A DNA stretch of 64,000 bases, from contig OZ219790.1 in NCBI GenBank assembly GCA_964291215.2, positions 1,056,001-1,120,000 of the forward strand, in the 5' to 3' direction. A model generated the notes under the pieces. That model had not been told where the DNA came from, did not search any database, and saw nothing but the letters and a program-made list of their open reading frames with translations. Made by a program: the position numbers and the translations under genes. Shown here piece after piece: positions 32,866 to 43,300 of the stretch. The DNA is from Alphaproteobacteria bacterium. Lineage in GTDB: Bacteria > Pseudomonadota > Alphaproteobacteria > MPNO01 > UBA830. Positions within the stretch are counted from its first letter, which is position 1; every line of letters starts with the position of its first letter.

Positions 32866-35800
32866 TCAGGTCTCCAGTATCAGTTGTCGGTTCAACGCGA
32901 TCAGATCCCGGAAAGCCGCGTTGTCCATCTCGGTCAGCCAGTCTTCGTTTGAACCGACGATATTCTCTGCGAGCGCCTGTTTGGATTCGATCATTGAATC
33001 GATCCGCTCTTCGAGGGTGCCGAGGACCACCATCTTATGGGCGAATACCGTCTTTTCCTGTCCGATTCTGTAGGCCCGATCGGTAGCCTGGTTCTCGACA
33101 GCCGGATTCCACCAACGGTCAAAATGAAAGACGTGATTGGCCTGCATCAGGGTGATGCCGACCCCGCCCGCCCTGAGCGAGAGGATGAAGATGCCGGGAG
33201 ACGCCTGCGGGTCCTGAAAACTCTCGATCATTTTCTCTCGACGGCTGCGGCTCGTCCCGCCATGCAGATAATGAACCGGACAACCATGACGCTCTCTCAA
33301 GAGTGTCTCGAGCCGATGGCCGACATCGGTAAACTGGGTAAAGACAAGCAGGCTGTCAGACCCGTCAAGCGCCTCCTCGATCATTTCGTTGAGGCGAGTC
33401 AGCTTGTGCGAGCGCGAAGCCTCAAAGGCGCTTCCGTCCTGGAGAAACTGGGAGGGATGATTGCAAATCTGCTTGAGCTTCATGAGCGTCGAGAGAATCA
33501 GTCCGCGGCGCTGCATGGACTCGGCCTCTTCGATCTGCTTTTGGACATCGTCGACAACCGCCTGATAGAGTGACGCCTGCTCTCTGGTTAGATTGCAGTA
33601 CACCTTCTGTTCGACCTTGTCCGGCAGATCGCTAATGATCGACTTGTCTGTCTTCAGGCGCCGAAGGATGAAAGGCCGCACCAAACTTTGAAGCTGTCGG
33701 CTGCGCGAGGGATCGGAGTCCCGCTGGATGGGCGTTTCGTAGGCACGCTTGAACCGGGCAACCGTGCCAAGGTAGCCAGGGTTGAGAAAGTTAAACAGTG
33801 ACCACAGGTCCATCAGCCGGTTTTCAACCGGTGTTCCGGTCACAGCGATTCGACGCGGGGCGCGCAGCGCGCAGATCGCACGTGCTTGTGCCGACTTCGG
33901 ATTCTTGATGTTCTGCGCCTCGTCTACCACCACTCTGTGCCAGTCAGTTGATTTCAACAGGTCCTTGTCGGACCGGGCAAGTGCAAATGAGGTAACGATC
34001 AGATCAGCGTGGTCGATCGCCGCAGCGAACGCCTCTGGATCCCGTGCCCGGTCAGAGCCATGATGGATCACACACGCCAGATCGGGAGCAAATTTCCCGA
34101 CCTCGCGTTTCCAGTTGCTGAGCACCGATGTCGGTGCAATAAGCAGGGTTGGCGCAGGCGCTTCAGGGTGCAGTTCTTGGCGCTCGCGCAGCAACAGCGC
34201 GATCAACTGTATGGTTTTGCCGAGCCCCATGTCGTCCGCGAGGCACGGGTTGAGCCCTAAGGCCTCCTGCATCGCGAGCCACGCCAACCCTTTCTTCTGA
34301 TAGGTTCTCAGGCTTCCCTGCAGGCCATGCGGGTCATCGGCCGGATCGATTGCATCCTGGTTTTGCAGCTGGCGCAGGGTCTTGTTCAAGACTTCGTCAA
34401 ACTCGAATGTGACAGCATCCTCGTCAGCTTCCGCGATGTCTTTCACAAGCTGGTTGAATCCGATACTGTCGTCATCAGTGCCCTTGCCACGCCACAGTTC
34501 CAGCATACCCGACAACTGCTCGCTGTTGATTTCCATCCATTCGCCACGAAACCGGACCAATGGTGATTTCGCGCTAACGAGCGCCAGCCATTCCTGTTCG
34601 CTGACCGGCTCACCGTCGATGGACAGGTCGTACTGATAGTCCACAAGAGAGTCGAGGCTGAGCATGCCGTGGCCTGTCTCGGTGGCCTTCGCCGGGTGCG
34701 CGGCCGCCTTGATCCGGATCCGTGCGCGGCGTCTTCCTTCCAGCGTCCACCAGCTTGGAAGCACGATCTTGAATCCGGCAGATTCGAGTACCGCCGCATC
34801 GTCTTTCAGGAACTCATACGCGGTATCGAGATTGATGCGCAGCCCTGTCGGCCTTGCAGATTCCATTCCCTGCCACAGGAGCGGACACATGCGTGCCGCA
34901 TGGCCGAGCCCGATCAGCAGATTGCGTTCAAACTGGGCGCCGAACTCCTTCAGCCATTGCTCCCTGTCGGCATCGGACAGTTTCCACCATTCCTCCAGAT
35001 CGAGTCTGAGTGACGGGTCGCGTCCGGACGACACGAAAAAATGCAAGCTCCAGTAGCCGTCATCACCTTCCTTGACCTCGTCAAGACGCACGCCAAGAAC
35101 AAAGCCCGGTTCATGAGTCCGAGCAACTATTTTGTCGTACCATGCTCGCCACTGCTTCAAATCCTCCGCTGACGGATTGTCTGGAGTCGTACCGTCGGCA
35201 GCGGCCTTTGATCCTCCAAGAGCACATACGAGCCAGGTGTCCTTGATTTTGTTCAGAAAACCCCGGGTAAAAGAGGTGTTGGCGACCAAGGATTCAAGCT
35301 GCTGTTCACTAAAATGCCTGAGCATTCCCAGTCGATCGAGCAGTATCGGTTTCGTGACCTGAAACACCTTTGTGCCCGTCGCCATAGCCTGGATCGCACA
35401 GACGTCTGGCATCGCCTGCGCAAACTCATGCAGCCCGCTTTCATAATGTCGTGCAACCGGAGCCCATCCGGTCAAAATCTCAACCCGGTCTTTCTTTGCG
35501 TCAACCTGGCGGGACTTCATGACCGGCAGAAACTGGTGTTGGCGCACGATATATCTGAGTTGTCGAGCATATCGGGTCCAAAACTGCAGACTGTACCCGG
35601 GTTGGGTTTGCTCAACTCCGTAACCAAACAACACTTCAAGTTCGCGCAGAAATGCAAGGGGTCTTGCAATCTCGATCGCACTGATCTCCCACGTTTCCCA
35701 AGTGCAGCTGTCCGGCAGGTACTCACCAGTCAATTGTGCCATCTCAAGACTGGGCAATGGTCGTCCGTTTTCGGTCGGGAGCGCTGCCCGAAACGTCGCG

Positions 35801-36018
35801 TTTCGCGCCTCAGCCAGAGTTATCGCTGAGTTCGACAAACCAAGTCTTGAAACCAGGAATTCTCGAATCCGGTCAGAGTGCAAGAGACTTCCCGGATGCT
35901 GGTACAACCTCCCCGTTTTCCCATCGGGACGGGATGTCTCAACCCAGAACAAAAATCGTCCGGGATTATCGAACGCAGGATCGGAAGGAACCGACCACAC
36001 TCCATGACAGATATCCAT
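32866..36018 (-). CDS. SNF2-family helicase/ATPase (DUF3670-type N-terminus)
   Basis: LADDMGLGKTIQ, DEAQNIKN, TGTPVEN, LRRLK, SLRAGGVG, DRWWNPAVENQATDRAYRIGQ. Confidence 0.95.
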   Translation of the reverse strand: MDICHGVWSVPSDPAFDNPGRFLFWVETSRPDGKTGRLYQHPGSLLHSDRIREFLVSRLGLSNSAITLAEARNATFRAALPTENGRPLPSLEMAQLTGEYLPDSCTWETWEISAIEIARPLAFLRELEVLFGYGVEQTQPGYSLQFWTRYARQLRYIVRQHQFLPVMKSRQVDAKKDRVEILTGWAPVARHYESGLHEFAQAMPDVCAIQAMATGTKVFQVTKPILLDRLGMLRHFSEQQLESLVANTSFTRGFLNKIKDTWLVCALGGSKAAADGTTPDNPSAEDLKQWRAWYDKIVARTHEPGFVLGVRLDEVKEGDDGYWSLHFFVSSGRDPSLRLDLEEWWKLSDADREQWLKEFGAQFERNLLIGLGHAARMCPLLWQGMESARPTGLRINLDTAYEFLKDDAAVLESAGFKIVLPSWWTLEGRRRARIRIKAAAHPAKATETGHGMLSLDSLVDYQYDLSIDGEPVSEQEWLALVSAKSPLVRFRGEWMEINSEQLSGMLELWRGKGTDDDSIGFNQLVKDIAEADEDAVTFEFDEVLNKTLRQLQNQDAIDPADDPHGLQGSLRTYQKKGLAWLAMQEALGLNPCLADDMGLGKTIQLIALLLRERQELHPEAPAPTLLIAPTSVLSNWKREVGKFAPDLACVIHHGSDRARDPEAFAAAIDHADLIVTSFALARSDKDLLKSTDWHRVVVDEAQNIKNPKSAQARAICALRAPRRIAVTGTPVENRLMDLWSLFNFLNPGYLGTVARFKRAYETPIQRDSDPSRSRQLQSLVRPFILRRLKTDKSIISDLPDKVEQKVYCNLTREQASLYQAVVDDVQKQIEEAESMQRRGLILSTLMKLKQICNHPSQFLQDGSAFEASRSHKLTRLNEMIEEALDGSDSLLVFTQFTDVGHRLETLLRERHGCPVHYLHGGTSRSRREKMIESFQDPQASPGIFILSLRAGGVGITLMQANHVFHFDRWWNPAVENQATDRAYRIGQEKTVFAHKMVVLGTLEERIDSMIESKQALAENIVGSNEDWLTEMDNAAFRDLIALNRQLILET

Positions 36019-36478
36019 GCAGCAGGACCTTTCACCTCACGACGAGCTATAAGCCCGAGGCGGCATTGTCCAGACCCCCGAGGCAACCGCTTACTCATCG
36101 CATATTCCGCACCGTGCACACAATTTGTTGCCAGAAGAGTGCGGTTGTCGGCTCCAACCCGCCCACAAGCGGGGACATCCGTTGCAACTCATCCACAGCC
36201 ATGGGACCACCGCCACGCGTCTGACCGTCAGCTGCGGGGTCGAGGCGCTAACGGGCTCCCGGGTCTCGGACGCTTGCTGGACGACCTGCGCCTGCAGGAG
36301 CGCCTGTTCTGGCGCGCGGGGACGCAGCTACGGGCCCGGGCGCGTGACCTCGGTACTTGCGGACGATCAGGATTGTGTTGTCTATCAATTTGCGGATGAA
36401 ACCGCACGTCAAGGTTGGCGCACAAGATGGTGTAGGACCAGGCAAGCGGCGGGCACCGTATCAATACGCAACATGCAC

Positions 36479-38026
36479 CTACTCGGCGGCCAGCGTCGGC
36501 GCTTCGGCGAGTTCCGCCATCGCCTTGTCGAGCGCCTCACCGTCCGGATCGGCCAGCGCTGCCGCGCGTGCAGATGCGACTGCATGTGCGGCCGATGCCG
36601 GTTCGCGCTCTCCGCGAGCTGAGGGCCTGGCGATCTCGCGCATCACGCGCTCGAAATTCGCCGCCCCGCGGCGGTGGGTATCCGAATACCCCTTGCGGAG
36701 ATTGGCGAGTTCGGCGGTCTCAACGGCCAAACGATAGTGCCGCGCCGCAGCCTTGCAAACCGTGTCGAGCCAGTTCTCTATAACCTGCTGTTCCTCGACG
36801 TAGCGAAAGGTCTTCGGACGGTAGAAGCGCAGTTTCGCGAGCACCCACAGCCGCAGGAACCCGAAAACGGTATCGGTGCGCACGCGCATCGCGAAGTGGA
36901 AGCCGCGCGCCCAGTCGTTGGTGCGCGCCCAAGCCATGATCGGCCGCCCGAGCCACGGCGGCATGACCGACGTGAACTCATCGAATCCCGGTTTGAGAAA
37001 CTCGCTGACGTGCACCGGCTCGCTGCTTCCCGCCGCCACCTCACGGCGCACCCGTTCCATGCGCGAACGCCGCGTTTTCAGGTCGGCGACCCGAATGATG
37101 TCCTCGTAGGCCATCATGAGAGCGAGATAGCGTGCGGTTTCCCGGGTCAGCGTCCAGTCTTCCGCTTCCCCGCCCCGTTCGCGGTCAGCGGCGACGACCG
37201 CGGCGAGGCGGTCGAGATAGAGGCGGGCATATACGGCATTCTGGTAGTCGGCGAGCCGCTTGACGCCTTCCGACACGATCATCTGGACATCGGCGGGAAA
37301 GGTCGACGCGACCTCGGCAAGAAGGTTTTCGGCACTTGGCCTTGCGGGACCGCTCCGGCGCTCCCGCTCCTCCGCCGGAGGACACAACTCGCCTTTCATG
37401 AAGGCGAGCCCGGCTTCGAACCCCCGAAGATTGGACTCTACCGCCACGCCGGCCTCACCGATTGCAGCCTCGAAATTCTCGATCGGAATCGGAAGTTCGC
37501 CGGATCCCGCAATGACGCCGAGAACGATCGCATTGAGCACCGTCCCCCGCTCCTCAGCAAGCCTCGCCATGTCGAACATCACGGCGCGCTTGGCAAGCTT
37601 TTCGGCTGCGTTGTGGAGACTGTCGCCCCGGAACAGCTCGTCGCTCATCGCCGACTTTTCGAGTATCGAATAGACGCGATGGGTCGAACTCACGAGAGTC
37701 GTCCGGTCCGGGGTGACCATGCCCCTTTCCAGCATGCGTCCGGCTTCCATGAGTTCCGAGGTGACAACGATGTCCATGTTGCCGGGCGCCGGATAGAGGG
37801 CCATGACCGGGCGCCGGCCGTCGAGTTCCTCGTGCTTCGCGGGGTAGATCTCGATGTAGTAGGTCGTCGCGCCGGTCCGCTGGGCGACGCCGGGGATGGA
37901 GGTCGACTGGATCGGATAGCCGCAGATCTCGGCGGCCCGCACGATCCAGGCGGTCAGAACGCCGCCGCCCTCGCCGCCGAGGGCGCCGACGACCATCGAG
38001 ACCGGACGTTCGGGCAGCGCCGTCAT
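36479..38026 (-). CDS. iorB: Indolepyruvate:ferredoxin oxidoreductase beta-subunit family protein
   Basis: GALGGEGGGVL, PGVAQRTGAT, MAYEDIIRVADLK, KGYSDTHRRG. Confidence 0.85.
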   Translation of the reverse strand: MTALPERPVSMVVGALGGEGGGVLTAWIVRAAEICGYPIQSTSIPGVAQRTGATTYYIEIYPAKHEELDGRRPVMALYPAPGNMDIVVTSELMEAGRMLERGMVTPDRTTLVSSTHRVYSILEKSAMSDELFRGDSLHNAAEKLAKRAVMFDMARLAEERGTVLNAIVLGVIAGSGELPIPIENFEAAIGEAGVAVESNLRGFEAGLAFMKGELCPPAEERERRSGPARPSAENLLAEVASTFPADVQMIVSEGVKRLADYQNAVYARLYLDRLAAVVAADRERGGEAEDWTLTRETARYLALMMAYEDIIRVADLKTRRSRMERVRREVAAGSSEPVHVSEFLKPGFDEFTSVMPPWLGRPIMAWARTNDWARGFHFAMRVRTDTVFGFLRLWVLAKLRFYRPKTFRYVEEQQVIENWLDTVCKAAARHYRLAVETAELANLRKGYSDTHRRGAANFERVMREIARPSARGEREPASAAHAVASARAAALADPDGEALDKAMAELAEAPTLAAE

Positions 38027-40230
38027 TCGGCCGCCACCCCGACCCCATCGGGCACCGAACCGGGCATCCCGGCCTCCTCCGCCGGCGCCTTTTCATCGCG
38101 GCCCTGGAGAAGGCCGATGACCGCGGTGCGGATGCGATGAAGGAGGGTATCGACGACGGACGGATTCTGGACGATGTCCGCCTTGAAGAAGGACGGGCAC
38201 AGCACGGCGGCATCGGAGACCTCACCGCACAGGCCGCAGCCGACACAGGAATTGAGAACCGTGGCCACCGGATCCTTGCGCAAGGGATCAGGATTGGGCT
38301 TGACCGACAGCGACGGGCATCCGGAGAGGCGGATGCAGGAATGGTCACCCGTGCAGGTGTCCTCATCGACACCGAAGCGAGTACGCACCACACGTTTTCC
38401 GGACCGGAGCGCCTTCGCGACCACCGGCTTCTCGCGCCGCTGCTTGGCGATCTGGCATTCGGCCTCGGCGATGATCACCTTGAGACCCTTTTCCGGCGAG
38501 GTCAGCGCCTCCTTGATCAGCGCGCGCATCTTGCCGACCTTGTAGGTGTACTGCTTGCGGATCCACTTGACGCCGACGCCCTTGAGCGCCGATTCGATCG
38601 GGATCACGGTGTCGGGCGGCCGCGCTCCGCCGGCAGTCGATGACGGCAGCTGCTGCTGTCCGGTAGCCGAGGAATAGCCGTTGGCCATCACGATCAGAAG
38701 ATTGTCGTGCTTGTTGAAGACGGCGCCGGTGATGCCGGTCGAGAGCCCATTGTGCCAGAACCCGCCGTCGCCCATGATCGAGATCGTGTGCCCTTTCATC
38801 GAGTCCTTGACGCCGGCTGAACTTGCGAGGCCGAGCCCGTAACCGGTGACCGTGTTGCCGAGGTTGAATGGCGGCAGGGCCGCGAACGTATGACAGCCGA
38901 TGTCAGCGGAGATATGCATCTTGCCGATTTCGGGATCCTGCTGCGCCAGCTTGAGGGCCGAGAACACAGGCCGTTCCGGACAGCCGGTGCAGAAGCCAGG
39001 CGGACGCGGAGGCACCGGGGAGCCAAGCAGGTCGGCTGCCAGCGCCTTGTTGTCGTCTATCGACTTGACGACGGCGGCGACAGTCGAGAGATCGATGCCC
39101 TTCGGCGCCGAACCCTCGATGAAGCCGGCAAGGCCCCGGATCATGACTTCGGACTGGTACTCGCCGGCCTCAGGAAACACCCCCTTGCCGACAATGGTGG
39201 TGTTCAGGTCAGCCTTGCGCAGCGCGGCGTTCAGGGCCTGCTCAAGATAGTCCGGAAAGCCCTCCTCGACGATGGCGACCGAGTGCTTTCCGGCGCAGAA
39301 TGCGACGATCTCGTCCGGGACCATCGGATAGGTGACGTTCATGCAGTAGATCGGAATGCGCGACGCGCCAAAGGGATCGGCCAGCCCGAGCTGCTGCAGC
39401 CCGCGAATCACCGAGTTGTAAAGGCCACCCTGGCAGATGATGCCGACATCGTGGCAGTCGCCTTCGAAGACTTCGTTGAGGCGATTCTCGCGAATGAAGT
39501 CGATCGCCGCGGGGAAGCGCTTCTCGACCTTCATCCGCTCCTGCATGTAGGTTGCCGGCGGCAGCGCAATACGGTCAAGGCTGTTGTCCGGCATCGGGAT
39601 CCGATCGTTCATCGAGTAGCGCGGTTTGCGGTTGTCCTTGGTCGCGAACCTGCCGGTCACGTGACACGCGCGGATTCGGAACTCCATCATCACGGGGCTG
39701 TTGCTGACCTCCGACAGCTCGAAAGCCTTTTCGACCAGTTCGACGATTCTGGGATGGTCGACGCGGGGATCCATCAACCACACTGAACACTTCATGGCGA
39801 AGGCGTGGCTGCGCTCCTGGATGATCGACGAGCCCTCGCCATAGTCCTCGCCGAGGATGATCAGCGCACCGCCCTTCACGCCGACAGAGGCGATATTCGA
39901 AAGCGCGTCCGAAGCAACATTGGTTCCAACCGTGGACTTCCAGGTCACGGCGCCACGAATCGGATAGTTGACAGAGGCCGCGAGCATGGCGCAGGCCGCG
40001 GCCTCGTTGGCGCAGACCTCGGCATGGACGCCGAGTTCCGACATGAGTCCCTTCGAATCGGACGTCAGCACATCCATCAGGTGCGAGACCGGCGCCCCCT
40101 GATAGCCGCCGACATAGGAAACCCCGGACTGCAGCAGGGCCTTGGTGATCGCGAGAATGCCCTCGCCCTCGAAATACTCCCCGTCGCCCCGGCGCAGCAT
40201 TTCGACTTCGCGTGCGAACGAACGTTCCAT
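38023..40230 (-). CDS. iorA: Indolepyruvate:ferredoxin oxidoreductase alpha subunit
   Basis: GYQGAPVS, RPPGFCTGCPER, DIGCH, GDGGFWHNG TPP motif, C-terminal CTGDHSC / CVGCGLC ferredoxin. Confidence 0.9.
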   Translation of the reverse strand: MERSFAREVEMLRRGDGEYFEGEGILAITKALLQSGVSYVGGYQGAPVSHLMDVLTSDSKGLMSELGVHAEVCANEAAACAMLAASVNYPIRGAVTWKSTVGTNVASDALSNIASVGVKGGALIILGEDYGEGSSIIQERSHAFAMKCSVWLMDPRVDHPRIVELVEKAFELSEVSNSPVMMEFRIRACHVTGRFATKDNRKPRYSMNDRIPMPDNSLDRIALPPATYMQERMKVEKRFPAAIDFIRENRLNEVFEGDCHDVGIICQGGLYNSVIRGLQQLGLADPFGASRIPIYCMNVTYPMVPDEIVAFCAGKHSVAIVEEGFPDYLEQALNAALRKADLNTTIVGKGVFPEAGEYQSEVMIRGLAGFIEGSAPKGIDLSTVAAVVKSIDDNKALAADLLGSPVPPRPPGFCTGCPERPVFSALKLAQQDPEIGKMHISADIGCHTFAALPPFNLGNTVTGYGLGLASSAGVKDSMKGHTISIMGDGGFWHNGLSTGITGAVFNKHDNLLIVMANGYSSATGQQQLPSSTAGGARPPDTVIPIESALKGVGVKWIRKQYTYKVGKMRALIKEALTSPEKGLKVIIAEAECQIAKQRREKPVVAKALRSGKRVVRTRFGVDEDTCTGDHSCIRLSGCPSLSVKPNPDPLRKDPVATVLNSCVGCGLCGEVSDAAVLCPSFFKADIVQNPSVVDTLLHRIRTAVIGLLQGRDEKAPAEEAGMPGSVPDGVGVAAE

Positions 40231-40357
40231 TTCGCGCCTCCGCTTGGCCACCGAGCCAGATGTGCCACCCGACCAGATCGGATAATACAGGATCGCAGGC
40301 CATATACAAGCTGACGGCACCCGCAAAAACAGCGCCGGGCGCCAGTCGAACCGACCG

Positions 40358-41197
40358 CTACCCGGCCTCCGGTAGCCTCTGCAGGGCCATCGCCTCCTGG
40401 GCGTAGCAAGGATCGGTATAGCGTTCGCTCGCCGCCCGGATATGGGCAAGCACCGCCATGTCGCGGTCGCCGACTGGCACCGGATCGGCATCCCAGTGGC
40501 CAAACTCGTCCCGCCCCCGCACCAGGCTGGCCGGGCGCCGGCCTATCGTCGAACGCACATGGGTCGGAAAATAGAAGAAGGCGAGCCCTATCCTGGTGTC
40601 CGGCGAGACGTTGGGAGGCGAGCCATGGACGATCCGCTCGTGGTGGCAGGAGAACTGCCCGGCCCTGAGAACGAGGTCGACGGCCTCGCGGTCGTCGATA
40701 CCCTCTATGGACTGGCCGCGCGCGAGCAGGTTCTTTTCCGCAAATGTCTCGACATGGGAATGGGCGCGGCCGCGGTGCGAGCCCGGAATGACGCGCATGC
40801 AGCCGTTGTTCCGGTTGCTGTCGGTCAGCGCCAGCCACACGGTCACCAACTCGTGGGGATCGAGGCCGAAATACGCCGAATCCTGGTGCCACGAGACATA
40901 GGAATCATCGCCGCCCGGCTTGATCCAGAAACGCGACGACAACACGAGTATGTTCGGCCCGATGAGGTCCTCGACCACATCGAGAATGCGTGGATCACGC
41001 GAGAACTCCCAGGATCTCTGGAAGCCGAGATGTCCCTTCACCACGAGAGCCGCCGCCGACATCCGCTCTTCGCGTTCGAAGGCTTCGAGATCCCGACACA
41101 TCGCGGTCGCCTCCGCCGGATCAACGCCGTCGAAGGGCGCCAGATAGCCCTGTTCGTCGTAGGCGTGTAGCTGGCTTTCGGTGAGAACGCTGGGCAT
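40358..41197 (-). CDS. Phytanoyl-CoA dioxygenase (PhyH) family Fe(II)/2OG oxygenase
   Basis: WHQD, TVWLAL, NGCMRVIPGSH, HGSPPN. Confidence 0.9.
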   Translation of the reverse strand: MPSVLTESQLHAYDEQGYLAPFDGVDPAEATAMCRDLEAFEREERMSAAALVVKGHLGFQRSWEFSRDPRILDVVEDLIGPNILVLSSRFWIKPGGDDSYVSWHQDSAYFGLDPHELVTVWLALTDSNRNNGCMRVIPGSHRGRAHSHVETFAEKNLLARGQSIEGIDDREAVDLVLRAGQFSCHHERIVHGSPPNVSPDTRIGLAFFYFPTHVRSTIGRRPASLVRGRDEFGHWDADPVPVGDRDMAVLAHIRAASERYTDPCYAQEAMALQRLPEAG

Positions 41198-41330
41198 GAA
41201 CGACCTCGCAACAGGCGGCGGCGGAGCCATACCGCCGGCCCCGGCTCACATTCTCTGCCGGGCGGCGGCCAAGCGCCGCGATTTTACCACGAAGGGTATA
41301 GAAGTCAGCGCCCGCACCGACCTGCGATCC

Positions 41331-41903
41331 TCAGCCCGTGCCGGACGGCCCCGTGTAATGCTCGGGAAACTCGGTCCGCACCACTTCGCTGTCGGATGCC
41401 CAGGCATGGCAGGTATTGAGCGGCGGACGCTGCGCGACCTTCTCCGTGGTGTCGTCCCGGTTGGCGGGCGAGGATCGCGACCAAAGCACCGAGTGGAGAG
41501 CGACCGTCGCAAGCGGTCGCAGGAGATCGACGAGATGCGTGCAGCCGAGCACACCGCCCAGGTGCTCGCGCACGCGCCGGTTCCAGCCGGGGCCGATCTT
41601 CAGGCCTGTGAGCTTCTGGAACGACGGCAGGATCGCGGGGCATATCTCGTAGGGCCCGGCGTCGGTCACCGCCTCGACGCCGCAGACGACCAGATCCGCA
41701 TCAACGGTCAGGCGAATCCACATGTCATGAAGAGGCTCCCCCGCCTCGATGCGGCCGCGGAAGATGTTGGAGAAAGGATAGGCCTTGACGTCGGTGAGAT
41801 GGCCCTCGATGTCCCACAGCCCGTCGCTGCGGCGATAGCTGCGACACGCGATCTCGCGCGCTGCGATCGGCTCCCGTTCGGGGTCCGGGTCGGTTAGCGG
41901 CAT
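41331..41903 (-). CDS. DUF2889-like protein
   Basis: YRRSDGLWDIEGHLTDVK, PLHDM, GCTHL, NTCHAW. Confidence 0.8.
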   Translation of the reverse strand: MPLTDPDPEREPIAAREIACRSYRRSDGLWDIEGHLTDVKAYPFSNIFRGRIEAGEPLHDMWIRLTVDADLVVCGVEAVTDAGPYEICPAILPSFQKLTGLKIGPGWNRRVREHLGGVLGCTHLVDLLRPLATVALHSVLWSRSSPANRDDTTEKVAQRPPLNTCHAWASDSEVVRTEFPEHYTGPSGTG

Positions 41904-41940
41904 GCCATACCTCCATATGTTTCGGTGCCTCGAGGCGGTT

Positions 41941-43245
41941 TCAGGTGACCGGCGTGGCGTCGTCGGCCGCTGCCATTTCGGTCATTCGTATCTGGGTGAT
42001 GCGGTTGCTCTGACGGCCGACGATCTCAAGGCGGAAGCCGCAGAAGCTGAATATCTGCCCGACTTCCGGGATGAGCCGCGCCTCGTGAATGACAAGACCG
42101 GCGATCGTTGCAAAGTCCTGGTCCGGCAGATCCCAGCCGAAACGCCGGTTGAGATCGCGAAGCGTGACGTCGCCGGCGACAACGAACGAGCCGTCGCGCT
42201 GCGGATACACACCGACGGGGACGACGTCATGTTCGTCGGATATGTCGCCGACGATTTCCTCGAGGATGTCCTCGAGCGTGACGACGCCCATCAGCGCGCC
42301 GTATTCGTCCACCACCAGCGCAAAATGCTCGCGGCGCCGACGGAAAGCGTGGAGTTGATCGAGCAGCGAAGTGGTGTCGGGAATGAACCACGGCGGTGTG
42401 AGCACGCGATCGAGAACAAGCCTGTCGGGATTTCCGTCGCGGGCCTGGATTTCGCGCAGCAGCGCACGTGCATGCATGACGCCGATCACATCGTCGGGCG
42501 AGTCGCGCCACAGGGGTATCCGCGTATAGGGGCTTTCGAGCGCCTGCTCGACGATCGCCCGAGTCGGCTGCGACGCATCGATCATGAAGACGTCCCGGCG
42601 GTGGCGCATGACCATGCTGACATCGACATCAGCAAGGTCCAGAATGCTGTGAAGCATCGCCCGCTGATGGCCCTCGCGCTCCTCCCCGTCGCCGGCCTGG
42701 TCGGGATGGAGTTCGATGGCCCCGCGGAGTTCCTCGATGTTCGCCGCCGAATCCTCCTGCCGATCCTTTTCCACTCCGAACAGGTAGGCGATGGCGCGAA
42801 ACGCCCATTGGACGACCGTCATGACCGGCGACAGCACGACGACGAGAAAATGGAAGACGGGCGCGACCACGAGCGCCAGCCGGTCGGCATTGCGGAACGC
42901 GTAGGTCTTCGGCAGCATCTCGCCGAACAGCAGCACGAGCAGCGTCATCGCGAGCGTGGCATAGACAACGCCAGCTTCGCCGAAATGCGCAATGAGCACG
43001 CTCGTGGCCAGCGCCGACGCGAGGATGTTCACCAGATTGTTGCCGAGCAGCACAGTACCGAGCAGGTGCTCTTCCCGCTCGCGCAAACGGTTCACGGTGC
43101 GTGCGCGCCGGTTTCCCTTGACCTCAAGTTGATGCATGCGCGGACGTGAAGCCGCGGTCAACGCGGTCTCCGAGCCCGAAAAGAATGCCGAGAGCACCAG
43201 CAGCAGCAGGATGCCGGCCAGGATTGCCAACAGCGCGATTTCCAT
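41941..43245 (-). CDS. CNNM/DUF21-CBS-CorC transporter-associated protein
   Basis: SAFFSGSETAL, LLGNNLVNI, GEMLPK, VVDEYG, TLEDILEEIVG. Confidence 0.92.
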   Translation of the reverse strand: MEIALLAILAGILLLLVLSAFFSGSETALTAASRPRMHQLEVKGNRRARTVNRLREREEHLLGTVLLGNNLVNILASALATSVLIAHFGEAGVVYATLAMTLLVLLFGEMLPKTYAFRNADRLALVVAPVFHFLVVVLSPVMTVVQWAFRAIAYLFGVEKDRQEDSAANIEELRGAIELHPDQAGDGEEREGHQRAMLHSILDLADVDVSMVMRHRRDVFMIDASQPTRAIVEQALESPYTRIPLWRDSPDDVIGVMHARALLREIQARDGNPDRLVLDRVLTPPWFIPDTTSLLDQLHAFRRRREHFALVVDEYGALMGVVTLEDILEEIVGDISDEHDVVPVGVYPQRDGSFVVAGDVTLRDLNRRFGWDLPDQDFATIAGLVIHEARLIPEVGQIFSFCGFRLEIVGRQSNRITQIRMTEMAAADDATPVT

Positions 43246-43300
43246 CAGTCCATGTCCATGTCGGTGCGTCGGACCCCGGCATCCCTCCCGCAGGTGCGCC

